Source: a virus. From it: a stretch of DNA of 64,000 nt. The first letter of the stretch is position 1. Each line of letters starts with the position of its first letter. The DNA lies in IMG/VR virus record IMGVR_UViG_3300025128_006668, positions 32,001 to 96,000 of that record. The stretch is one strand, 5' to 3'. The notes under the pieces are model-generated. The model searched no databases and was not told the DNA's origin. It saw nothing but the letters and a program-made list of their open reading frames with translations. A program made the translations under genes and the position numbers. This document shows, piece by piece, positions 1 to 8,417 of this stretch.

Positions 1-225
1 GGGGTTCTTCCTCTAACTGAGCAAAGTCTTGCAAGCACGCATTTTAAATTTTGGGTAGGTCACACAAACTTTAAGATACTTAAAAAGCACGTCTTAATGA
101 TAGAAAATGTAATGGGCGTAGAGACTGTAGATGTCATGACACCATATAGGTTTAGAATATCTGTGGCAAAACTTTTTAAAGATAGAGATGTTATGTCCTT
201 GGTGAGGACGACTCTAATAAACTAA
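1..225 (+). CDS. Hypothetical protein, 3' part (truncated by window start)
   Basis: Frame 1 is open from base 1 (GVLPLTEQ...FWVGHTNF...TPYRFRISV...) to TAA at 223-225, directly abutting the next ATG at 226. Confidence 0.7.
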   Translation, partial: GVLPLTEQSLASTHFKFWVGHTNFKILKKHVLMIENVMGVETVDVMTPYRFRISVAKLFKDRDVMSLVRTTLIN

Positions 226-924
226 ATGGTAAATGATAAAAAAAATAGCTCAGGAAACGACATATTAGATGAGTTGCACAGCTACAGCGTCTTGCCTAGT
301 ACTAGAGAGCTACTGCTTCACAGCACTATGGAGTCCGAAGACAATGGTATAGATTTTAGAGTAGCTACGAAATTCATAAAGAACCTAAGGTTACTTGAAT
401 CAGATTCTAATAAGCCAATTATTCTACACCTTCTTTCTACTGGTGGTAGCTGGAATGATGGCATGGCTATATACGATGCAATAAAAGACAGCAGCTGTGA
501 GTTCGTAGTAATAACTCATGGGATAGCTGCATCTATGGGAAGTTTAATCCCTCAGGCTGTTCATAGGAAGGGCCTTAGGATTACTATGCCAAACTGCGAA
601 TGGATGGTTCACGAAGGCTTCAGTGAGATCTATGGTACTTACAGACAAGTCATATCTAGTGCTCAGTGGGATGCTGTTGTAAGAAAAAAGTGCTATGAGC
701 TATATGCTGATGTCTGCCATAGCACAGGTGAATTTTTTCATAAGAAAAGTAATTCTCAGGTTAAGAATTATATAAAAAGAAAACTAGAAGCAAAGGAAGA
801 CTGGTGGCTTTCAGCTGAAGACTCAGTTCGTTTTGGGTTATGTGATTATGTTGCTGGGGATGAAAAAGTAGGGAATATACAAAATATAGTATCAAATGTT
901 TCTAGAATTCTGCAACTACAATAA
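226..924 (+). CDS. clpP: ClpP-family serine protease
   Basis: Motifs STGGSWNDGMAIYD, GIAASMGS (catalytic Ser), MVHEG (His) and EDWWLSAEDSVRFGLCD (Asp) match the ClpP pattern. Confidence 0.88.
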   Translation: MVNDKKNSSGNDILDELHSYSVLPSTRELLLHSTMESEDNGIDFRVATKFIKNLRLLESDSNKPIILHLLSTGGSWNDGMAIYDAIKDSSCEFVVITHGIAASMGSLIPQAVHRKGLRITMPNCEWMVHEGFSEIYGTYRQVISSAQWDAVVRKKCYELYADVCHSTGEFFHKKSNSQVKNYIKRKLEAKEDWWLSAEDSVRFGLCDYVAGDEKVGNIQNIVSNVSRILQLQ

Positions 925-1528
925 GACATACTCAGATACCCATAAAGAGCAAATAGCTGAGGTTTTTTCTGCTATAGATGCTAACTTTGACGGGATTGCC
1001 GTAAGCCTAAATATACTTAGGCAAATATCTGACCTTTTAAGAGATATTCCAATCTCTATCTCGACCACTACGGACTTTCCTCAGGGAAGAGCTGATAAGA
1101 AGCTCAGGATGCACGAGACTATCATAGGGTTAAAGTCTGGAGCAAATAAGATAGACCTTGTAGCCAATCCATTTCTAATAGATGACGCAAGGTTCTATGA
1201 CTTCTGCAAAGATATAAAGTCTCACAAAAGAGCCTGTGATGACTATGGAGCTGATTTAAGAGTTATAATAAACCACAACTTATATTCGCTTAGAAAAAAT
1301 ATATCAATCGCCAGAATGGTTGAAGATGCAGGAGCATTGTTCATTATACCCGCAGCAGGGTTTCATAACGATGATATATATGACAATATACTCACCTGCA
1401 ATGCTATAGAATCACACACAAGTATAAAAACAGTGTGCAATGGCTATATATGGCTAGAAAAACAGTATTTAGCCGCCATAAACGCAGATATTTTTGGACT
1501 AAGGTTATATAATCTACACAGATTTTAG
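896..1528 (+). CDS. deoC: DeoC-like (deoxyribose-phosphate aldolase fold) protein, Schiff-base lysine apparently lost
   Basis: DFPQG...K..E.....GANKIDLVAN and LRVII match DeoC, but the usual GADFIKTSTG reads GALFIIPAAG. Confidence 0.7.
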   Translation: MFLEFCNYNKTYSDTHKEQIAEVFSAIDANFDGIAVSLNILRQISDLLRDIPISISTTTDFPQGRADKKLRMHETIIGLKSGANKIDLVANPFLIDDARFYDFCKDIKSHKRACDDYGADLRVIINHNLYSLRKNISIARMVEDAGALFIIPAAGFHNDDIYDNILTCNAIESHTSIKTVCNGYIWLEKQYLAAINADIFGLRLYNLHRF

Positions 1529-1616
1529 CTTTTAGTGTACTTATAATTTAGGGTAGGATTTTATATTATAGGATTATCAGGATTATAAGCATTCTTTTTA
1601 TTAAGAAAGAAAACAA

Positions 1617-2210
1617 ATGCCTAGTTCAAATTATTTTCAAACATCAGATGGCTCCTCCACAGGAGTTTGGCAAAACGGACTTGTATATAACTCCGATAAT
1701 GACGGAGGACGTATAACTAATGCAGGGACAGTATCTAGTATTCGCTTCACAAACATTGATGCGACTACTGATGAGCCTGTGACTATTGTGTCTGGAGTAA
1801 ATGTCAAAGATGCTGGTGTAGGAACGTTCAACAAAAACAACACGACCATTATGAGAGCAACGACAGCTCTTGCAGGTCAATCAACCACAGCAATTAGCTC
1901 TGCTTCGAACAGTGAAGGTGGAAGAGATTCCATTCATCAGCTAGACGTTATGAGAGTGAGACTATACAAAACAGCCGTTAGAGCAGGCTTCTGGAATGAG
2001 TATACAGGAGCATGGTCTTCAACACCTGAAGTTGTTGTGTCTGGTGCTTGGGATACAATCGCTGGAGACGACGACTCAGCGAATCTAAAAGGTCTCAAAA
2101 CAGATGTTGCTGCGAACCCAACAAACTTGCAGCCCGGTTTGCTATCATTCACTGCCGGCTCTGGAAACCAAGCCAGTACGCAAGGTTACGGGGCTAGATA
2201 CCTCTGGTAA
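1617..2210 (+). CDS. Putative virion protein, paralog family member 1
   Basis: G/S/T/N-rich 197 aa. It shares FQTSDGSSTG and VxGVN..AGxGxYN motifs with 2246-3361 and 15946-19344. Confidence 0.6.
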   Translation: MPSSNYFQTSDGSSTGVWQNGLVYNSDNDGGRITNAGTVSSIRFTNIDATTDEPVTIVSGVNVKDAGVGTFNKNNTTIMRATTALAGQSTTAISSASNSEGGRDSIHQLDVMRVRLYKTAVRAGFWNEYTGAWSSTPEVVVSGAWDTIAGDDDSANLKGLKTDVAANPTNLQPGLLSFTAGSGNQASTQGYGARYLW

Positions 2211-2245
2211 ACAATACTTAACTTTTTATTTAAAGAGGTACTATC

Positions 2246-3361
2246 ATGGCATATCAAAATGCAGACGGTACTTTAACAGGAACAAATGCTGCCGATCCGC
2301 AATTTGGCGTCTACAAAGGCGCCATCTCTGCGGGGCAGAACTCTTCTGTTGATGGAACCGTATTCGATTTTAAAGCCGTCGTTACAGACCCCGACTTACC
2401 GTTAGTCGTATCGGGTTTGAATAACGAGGCGGCTGGCGCAGGAACTTACAATAAAGAAATTGGCGGTTCAGTAGCAAACCTAGGGGACAACGACAGTGTT
2501 TTTGATGCTGTTTCTCCCGGAGCAGACTCATCTAATGACGACGTGTCCGAAATTAAAGCTATTAGCGTTAGAAATTATAAAACTTTAGTCAGGGCTGGAG
2601 TTCTTAACAGTTATTCAGCAGCCCCAACAGCTTCATTTACTGGAATTAACTCTGGGATTTATGACCAGAATGTAGCAGGAGATGTTTCAACTAACATTAC
2701 TGCGATTGACTCAGCGACTCTAAACAATGTCTTTTATGATGTCACATACGTTTATGGAGGAATAACAACTCAGTTTGTTGCTCAAGACATACAAGTAGGT
2801 GGAATGAGTCCCGGAAGCAACACTAGATGTAGTTGCACTAGCGCTCCTACATACAACGATGCGATTAACCCATTTTCTGCCTGCGGTAGTGGTTTAATCA
2901 CAAATCCTAACAGGTGGGTAAGCTGCACTACCAAAGGAAATGTTGATGGTAAGTTCTACTTTGCCTGTGTTGAAAAGGTTGCTTGGTGTGCTAGAGGCGA
3001 TGCTACTAATCCTGCTTCTTCAGGCTATGTTGTTATAACTGATGTAGACAACTACTCTACTACGGCTGGATTTAGATCAAGCGGACCTAATAGTGGACAG
3101 TTTCGGTGCGATTGGGTTTATAACATTGTCCCAATTAACCCAACGGGAAATTGCGATGACGGTGTTGGTGGCGTCGTAGCCCCTACGCTGTGTTCAGATG
3201 CCCCTATGTCCATGCATCGGGCCTATGAAGACCAGCTTGAGAATGTAAGTTCTTTTGGTCCAGAAGGTCATGCAATTTGCGGTACTTGGATTGGAAAAGA
3301 CAGTCTTTGTCAGTATGATCCTAGATCACATGGAACAACTTGTTCTTGGGCATGGCAATAA
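2246..3361 (+). CDS. Putative virion protein, paralog family member 2, with Cys-rich C-terminal domain
   Basis: GAGG RBS upstream. VSGLNNEAAGAGTYNK and NYKTLVRAG match member 1; the C-terminal half is Cys/Trp-rich. Confidence 0.6.
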   Translation: MAYQNADGTLTGTNAADPQFGVYKGAISAGQNSSVDGTVFDFKAVVTDPDLPLVVSGLNNEAAGAGTYNKEIGGSVANLGDNDSVFDAVSPGADSSNDDVSEIKAISVRNYKTLVRAGVLNSYSAAPTASFTGINSGIYDQNVAGDVSTNITAIDSATLNNVFYDVTYVYGGITTQFVAQDIQVGGMSPGSNTRCSCTSAPTYNDAINPFSACGSGLITNPNRWVSCTTKGNVDGKFYFACVEKVAWCARGDATNPASSGYVVITDVDNYSTTAGFRSSGPNSGQFRCDWVYNIVPINPTGNCDDGVGGVVAPTLCSDAPMSMHRAYEDQLENVSSFGPEGHAICGTWIGKDSLCQYDPRSHGTTCSWAWQ

Positions 3362-3363
3362 TA

Positions 3364-3705
3364 ATGAAGAGTTTATTAATCGCAGTATTACCCCCGTTCT
3401 TAGTCGCTGCCGGAGACACAATCACCGGCTTCGACTGGGGGACTATTTCCGCCACAGGTTTACTTGGCTGGTACTTGTGGTATACAACTAAGATAGTTTT
3501 TCCTAGCCATCAAAAACAGGTCTCTGAAATGCAAGACAGTTTCAACGATCAGTTTGTTAACCAAAGAGATCACTATGAAAAAATATTGACCGAGATACAA
3601 AACCGTCAAGACAAGAGACACTCTATAGATGTTCAAAAAATGGACAAAATGGTAGAGACTCTTGAAAAAATGAGTGAGAATCTTGAGCCAATAGAGAACT
3701 CATAG
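3364..3705 (+). CDS. Small membrane protein (possible holin/lysis accessory)
   Basis: Signal-like N-terminus MKSLLIAVLPPFLVAA, TM segment WGTISATGLLGWYLWY and a coiled-coil C-terminus. ATG 3364 follows the upstream stop and is preferred over the track's 3340. Confidence 0.55.
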   Translation: MKSLLIAVLPPFLVAAGDTITGFDWGTISATGLLGWYLWYTTKIVFPSHQKQVSEMQDSFNDQFVNQRDHYEKILTEIQNRQDKRHSIDVQKMDKMVETLEKMSENLEPIENS

Positions 3706-3754
3706 TATAATTATTGTAAGAAGACTTTTAATTTCTTAATAAGGAGAATCATAG

Positions 3755-3928
3755 ATGGTAGACAAGCTTAAAGTGCTGGTCAAGTCACGTAGATTTTGGA
3801 CTGCCGTAGGTAGTGTTATTGTAGTGATCCTGCATGATACTCTTGGTATTCCTGAGGATACGGCAAACACTATTGCCGCCATCGGCGTCAGTTGGATTGT
3901 CGGAGACTCTCTAAGACCTACAGAATAA
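3755..3928 (+). CDS. 57-aa holin-like membrane protein (not in ORF track)
   Basis: AAGGAG RBS. Translation MVDKLKVLVKSRRFWTAVGSVIVVILHDTLGIPEDTANTIAAIGVSWIVGDSLRPTE has two hydrophobic segments and the KSR(K/R)FW motif common in small phage holins; a terminator follows. Confidence 0.7.
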   Translation: MVDKLKVLVKSRRFWTAVGSVIVVILHDTLGIPEDTANTIAAIGVSWIVGDSLRPTE

Positions 3929-3945
3929 AATGGATTTTATTTTAG

Positions 3946-3975
3946 AAAAGGGGCGATTTTTCGTCCCTTTTTTTT
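3946..3975 (+). terminator. Rho-independent terminator
   Basis: AAAAGGGGCGA-TTTT-TCGTCCCTTTT stem-loop followed by a T run. Confidence 0.8.
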
Positions 3976-4026
3976 ATGCATGACGTTTAATATATTGGAT
4001 ATATCTAACCTTATAAGGAGAAAAAA

Positions 4027-4518
4027 ATGAAAAAGCTTATCTTATTTATGTCAATGTTTGCTTTTACTGTGCCGTCAGCGTTTGCAGAGCCACCGCAAAG
4101 AAAAGTAATCCAAGCACCTCAAAAACCTCAAGTTGTTCGCAGTCAGCCAAGACAGTTCACGAGACCGACACCTCAGAGACCACAAAGGCCACAACCGCCG
4201 AATACGGCAAAGCCTGCACCAGAAGCGAAACCGTTGCCAAAAGGATTCGGAGTGCCTATCCAGCGCCCTCAAGGATTTGGTAAACAGGACTGGCAAAGGC
4301 CTCAGCCTAAACCTGAAGTCCAGCGACCAAAAGTTGAGACTAGACATAGCTTTGGCTGGTATAATTACTATCGTCCAGTGAACCCCCACTTTAGGTACTA
4401 CAGGGTTCCGTCCTATTACCCTCCTGTGATTGTTCAACCTCCCGTTGTAATTCAGCCGCAACCATTTCCTGTTTATCCGGGTCCGTTTCACGGATTCTTT
4501 TTTCAGTTCAGATTTTAA
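4027..4518 (+). CDS. Secreted Pro/Gln/Tyr-rich low-complexity protein
   Basis: AAGGAG RBS, Sec signal peptide ending SAFA, P/Q-rich linker, Tyr/Pro-rich tail ending GFFFQFRF. Confidence 0.75.
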   Translation: MKKLILFMSMFAFTVPSAFAEPPQRKVIQAPQKPQVVRSQPRQFTRPTPQRPQRPQPPNTAKPAPEAKPLPKGFGVPIQRPQGFGKQDWQRPQPKPEVQRPKVETRHSFGWYNYYRPVNPHFRYYRVPSYYPPVIVQPPVVIQPQPFPVYPGPFHGFFFQFRF

Positions 4519-4557
4519 GAGGCAAAAAAAATATTTTTTATTTAGCACATTGTTTCA

Positions 4558-4570
4558 GGGTGTATAATAT
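4558..4570 (+). promoter_or_regulatory. Putative promoter (GGTGTATAAT)
   Basis: TATAAT -10 hexamer preceded by GGTG. Related words occur in several other intergenic regions. Confidence 0.5.
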
Positions 4571-4574
4571 GATA

Positions 4575-4779
4575 AGCTAGGAGAAACAAGAGCGAGGCTG
4601 TTCAAGAAACACGTCCGCTAAAGCAGCACATCTCCAGCCTTTCAAGCGATTAGCGTTGGTCGCACCTTATTTTATACTAACTTTTTAACAAAACCACGAC
4701 CAAGCTATGTGTCTTACTTAATGTGTTGCTTTTTTAAAAATCACAACTCGCTACCTTAGACAGGTGGCGAGTTTTTTTT
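4575..4779 (+). ncRNA. Candidate structured RNA / cis-regulatory leader of nrdA
   Basis: ORF-free interval between a promoter-like site and a terminator. Helices 4620-4631/4721-4732 and 4651-4662/4697-4707. Confidence 0.5.
4745..4779 (+). terminator. Intrinsic terminator immediately upstream of nrdA
   Basis: AACTCGCTACCT-TAGAC-AGGTGGCGAGTT 12-bp stem (1 G-U) running into T8. Confidence 0.8.
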
Positions 4780-4810
4780 CTGCATCTTAGGATAATCTAT
4801 ACAATGAGGA

Positions 4811-7249
4811 ATGCCAATGTCTAAAAGAGTCAAGAAACGTAACGGAAGATTAGAAGATCTGAATCTTGATAAGATTAACAAGTGTGCTGAAATTGCTTGT
4901 AGAGATTTAGAAGACGTTTCGGTAAGCGAAGTAGTCCTTGATGCTAGTATACAGCTGTATGACAAAATAAGTACTAAAGAGATAGACAAGGCTCTCATTA
5001 TGTCGGCTCGGTCTAAGATAGAAAAAGAGCCTAACTATGGGTATGTTGCTGCAAGACTTCTTTTGCATAACTTGTACAAAGAAGTATTTGGAGAAGCTTT
5101 TGACACAGAGGATTTTCAGGTTAAATATAAGAAACATTTTTCTTCTAATATAAAAAGGATGGTTAAAGAAGATAGACTTAGTAAAAAGTTATTATCATAT
5201 GATCTTGATTTTTTGGCAGAAAACATAAAGCCGGATAGGGACAAGCTATTTAAATACCTAGGGATTCAAACTCTATATGACAGATATTTTGTTCATCTGA
5301 AAGGCAGAAGAATGGAGAGTCCTCAAGCCTTCTACATGAGAGTTGCCATGGGGTTGTGCCTTAATGAGGAGAATAAAGAAGAGAAAGCACTTGAAATATA
5401 TGACATGATGTCAGAGTTCAGATATTCTCCTTCTACTCCCACATTATTTAACAGCGGCACCAACAGGTCTCAACTTTCTTCATGTTATTTAAGTACTGTG
5501 CATGACTCAATAGACGGCATCTTCGGCACTATACACGGACAGGCAAGGTTATCTAAATATGCTGGAGGGTTAGGGGTTGATTGGTCTTCAATCAGAGCAT
5601 CTGGCTCTTACATAAAAGGCACGAATGGGAACTCTTCTGGTCTTGTTCCTTGGCTTAAAATATTCAATGATACTCTTGTAGCTGTGAACCAAGGAGGCAA
5701 ACGTAAGGGTGCTGGCTGTGCCTACCTAGAGGTCTGGCACTATGATATAGAAGACTTCTTAGAGCTTAGGAAAAACACTGGAGACGATAGAAGAAGATGT
5801 CATGACATGAATACTGCTTTGTGGACATGTGATGAGTTTATACAAAGGGTAAAAGACGAAAGAGATTGGTATTTATTTGATCCGGCAGAGTGTTCTAGTT
5901 TGCATGAGCTATATGGTGAACAATTTTCAGAAGCATATAATAAATATATTGAGCTTGCTGATCAGGGAGAAATTAAAGTATTCAGAAAAATGCCGGCAAA
6001 AGACCTTTGGAAAAAATGTCTTAAGGCACTGTTTGAAACGGGTCATCCTTGGATTACTTTCAAAGATCCTTCTAATATCAGATATAGCAACAAGCACGTC
6101 GGAGTTGTCCATTCATCTAACTTATGCACCGAAATACTCCTACATACAAAGCCGAGTGTTTATAACGAAGGAGAGCTATCTGAACTTGGAGAAACCGCTG
6201 TCTGTAATCTAGCTAGTATAAACCTTTCAAATCATGTCAAGGTCAGAACTATAGACTGGAAAAAACTTCAAAAAACAGTAGAGGTAGCTGTCAAAGGTTT
6301 AGACAATGTTATTGATCTTAATTTTTATCCTACCGACGAGGCTAGAGAATCGAACCTAAAGAATAGGCCTGTAGGATTAGGGGTCATGGGAACGCACGAT
6401 GTACTACACAAGCTAGGTATTGACTACGATAGTCCAGAAGCCGTGTCCCTATGTGATAGAGTACAAGAATTTATCTCACTTCATGCCATTAAGACATCTG
6501 CTATGATCGCTAAGGAGAAGGGTACGTACCCGACCTTCGGTGGTTCAGAATGGGATAAAGGAAATTTTCCTATCGACACGTATTGTGAGATGAAAAATCA
6601 GAGAGTCAAAACGCCTTGTGTGCTAGAGGACTATACTCTTTATGAGACACTAGACGAGTGGAAGTCAGTAAGAGATTTAGTATCTGAATATGGTATGAGA
6701 AATAGTAATGTGATGGCTATAGCTCCAACAGCTACTATATCTTACATACAAGGTTGTTCGCAGTCTATTGAGCCAGACTACTCTGTACTTTATGTTTACT
6801 CCACCCTTAGTGGTGAATTCACTATGGTCAATGAGCACTTCGTGAAATTAGCTAAAAAGAATGGCCTATGGTCACAGGCTTTGGTCGATGCTCTAAAGAG
6901 TGTAGATGGAGACGTGACTGCGCTTGTAGACTTGCCGGACGCATTTAAAAATGAATTTAAAAATGCATTTGATGTTAGTTATGAAACACTTATTAAGGCA
7001 GCAGCAGCAAGGCAAAAGTGGATTGATATGGGGCAGTCTCTAAACCTGTATAACAAGCATGAGAGTCTAAAATATCTTAATGATATGTATATGCTTGCGT
7101 GGGAAGAAGGGCTAAAAACAACTTATTATCTAAGAAGCAAGGCTGCAACCAGACTAGAGAAGTCTACAATATCTGAAAAAAGTCAAGGTATAATTAATCA
7201 GCCAAAGGCATGTTCTGTTTTAGACCCAGACTGTGAGAGTTGCCAATGA
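4811..7249 (+). CDS. nrdA: Class I ribonucleotide reductase alpha subunit with N-terminal ATP cone
   Basis: VKKRNG ATP cone, PSTPTLFNSG, LSSCY, QGGKRKGA, SNLCTEI, AIAPTATIS, LKTTYY and a C-terminal Cys cluster (CSVLDPDCESCQ). Confidence 0.97.
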   Translation: MPMSKRVKKRNGRLEDLNLDKINKCAEIACRDLEDVSVSEVVLDASIQLYDKISTKEIDKALIMSARSKIEKEPNYGYVAARLLLHNLYKEVFGEAFDTEDFQVKYKKHFSSNIKRMVKEDRLSKKLLSYDLDFLAENIKPDRDKLFKYLGIQTLYDRYFVHLKGRRMESPQAFYMRVAMGLCLNEENKEEKALEIYDMMSEFRYSPSTPTLFNSGTNRSQLSSCYLSTVHDSIDGIFGTIHGQARLSKYAGGLGVDWSSIRASGSYIKGTNGNSSGLVPWLKIFNDTLVAVNQGGKRKGAGCAYLEVWHYDIEDFLELRKNTGDDRRRCHDMNTALWTCDEFIQRVKDERDWYLFDPAECSSLHELYGEQFSEAYNKYIELADQGEIKVFRKMPAKDLWKKCLKALFETGHPWITFKDPSNIRYSNKHVGVVHSSNLCTEILLHTKPSVYNEGELSELGETAVCNLASINLSNHVKVRTIDWKKLQKTVEVAVKGLDNVIDLNFYPTDEARESNLKNRPVGLGVMGTHDVLHKLGIDYDSPEAVSLCDRVQEFISLHAIKTSAMIAKEKGTYPTFGGSEWDKGNFPIDTYCEMKNQRVKTPCVLEDYTLYETLDEWKSVRDLVSEYGMRNSNVMAIAPTATISYIQGCSQSIEPDYSVLYVYSTLSGEFTMVNEHFVKLAKKNGLWSQALVDALKSVDGDVTALVDLPDAFKNEFKNAFDVSYETLIKAAAARQKWIDMGQSLNLYNKHESLKYLNDMYMLAWEEGLKTTYYLRSKAATRLEKSTISEKSQGIINQPKACSVLDPDCESCQ

Positions 7250-7398
7250 GATTTGAAGAATATAGACAGTCACAAACCTCACCTCTTAAGTATAGATTAG
7301 AGCTGAGAGAGACAGAGCTGGAAAAAGTAAAAGATTTAATTATGCAGATCATAGAAAGAATTAAGCAAGATGAAAAAGAGCAAGGAAATAATATCTGA
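7246..7398 (+). CDS. 50-aa hypothetical protein between nrdA and nrdB (not in ORF track)
   Basis: ATGA overlap with the nrdA stop. Translation MRFEEYRQSQTSPLKYRLELRETELEKVKDLIMQIIERIKQDEKEQGNNI fills the gap and overlaps the nrdB start. Confidence 0.55.
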   Translation: MRFEEYRQSQTSPLKYRLELRETELEKVKDLIMQIIERIKQDEKEQGNNI

Positions 7399-8377
7399 TA
7401 AAGTTGCAGTAGTTAATCAAATACTTCCCCACACAAACAAATGGGCATGGGATCTGTTTATCGACGGTGCAGCTAATAACTGGATGCCAACTGAAATCTC
7501 AATGGCCAAGGATATTGAGCAATGGAAGTCTAACCTGCTATCGGAAGACGAAAAGCTAGTCGTAAAAAGGTGTCTTGGTTTTTTTGCTGGTTCAGAGTCT
7601 TTAGTAGCAAACAACTTATTGCTTAGTATCTTTAAGTATGTCACCGACCCTGAGTGTCGCCAATATATACTAAGGCAAGCATATGAGGAAAGTTTACATA
7701 ATCTCACAGTTGTCTATGTATGTGACTCTCTAAACTTAAAAATAGGAGAGGTCTACCAAGCCTACAATTCTATACCTAGTATTAAAGCTAAGGATGACTT
7801 TTTAATGAACATCACAAGTGACATTAATAGGCCAGACTTTAATATCAATACAATAGAAGGTAAGAGAGAATTTCTTAGAAATATTATTACATACTATGTG
7901 ATCTGTGAGGGAATCTTTTTCTTCTCTGGTTTTGCTATGCTTCTTTCTTTTAATAGACAAAATAAACTTCCGGGAATTGGTGAGCAGATCCAATACACTC
8001 TTAGAGATGAGAGTTTACACATAAAATTTGGAACTACTCTAATAAACAGACTTAGGGAAGATAGCCCAAAGATATGGACAAAGACGTTTGAAAAAGAAAC
8101 GCTTGAGCACATAGACACAGCAATAGAGCTAGAGCTAGCTTACGCTAGAGAAGTTCTTCCCACAGGGATATTAGGGCTAAATTCAGACATGTTTATTGAT
8201 TATGTACAATATATAGCGAACAGAAGGTTAGAAAACCTTAATCTACCAAGTCCTTATGAAGACACAAAAAACCCGTTCCCTTGGATGAGCGAGATAATCG
8301 ACCTAGAAAAGTGCAAAAACTTTTTTGAAACAAGGGTTACTGAATACTCAGTTGGGACACTAGTAGACGACTTTTAG
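7370..8377 (+). CDS. nrdB: Ribonucleotide reductase beta subunit, class Ic (R2c)-type residues
   Basis: WMPTEI, FFAGSESLV, EESLH, EGIFFFSGF, RDESLH, NFFETRVTEY. Confidence 0.95.
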   Translation: MKKSKEIISDKVAVVNQILPHTNKWAWDLFIDGAANNWMPTEISMAKDIEQWKSNLLSEDEKLVVKRCLGFFAGSESLVANNLLLSIFKYVTDPECRQYILRQAYEESLHNLTVVYVCDSLNLKIGEVYQAYNSIPSIKAKDDFLMNITSDINRPDFNINTIEGKREFLRNIITYYVICEGIFFFSGFAMLLSFNRQNKLPGIGEQIQYTLRDESLHIKFGTTLINRLREDSPKIWTKTFEKETLEHIDTAIELELAYAREVLPTGILGLNSDMFIDYVQYIANRRLENLNLPSPYEDTKNPFPWMSEIIDLEKCKNFFETRVTEYSVGTLVDDF

Positions 8378-8417
8378 TGTATATTTATGTAGACTTTCAC
8401 ATTTTTCGGAGTTTGCT

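Noticed and set aside
4575-4779. Cobalamin riboswitch, tRNA or tmRNA upstream of nrdA
   Set aside because: No B12-box/GGGAA motifs, cloverleaf or tmRNA-like ends were seen.
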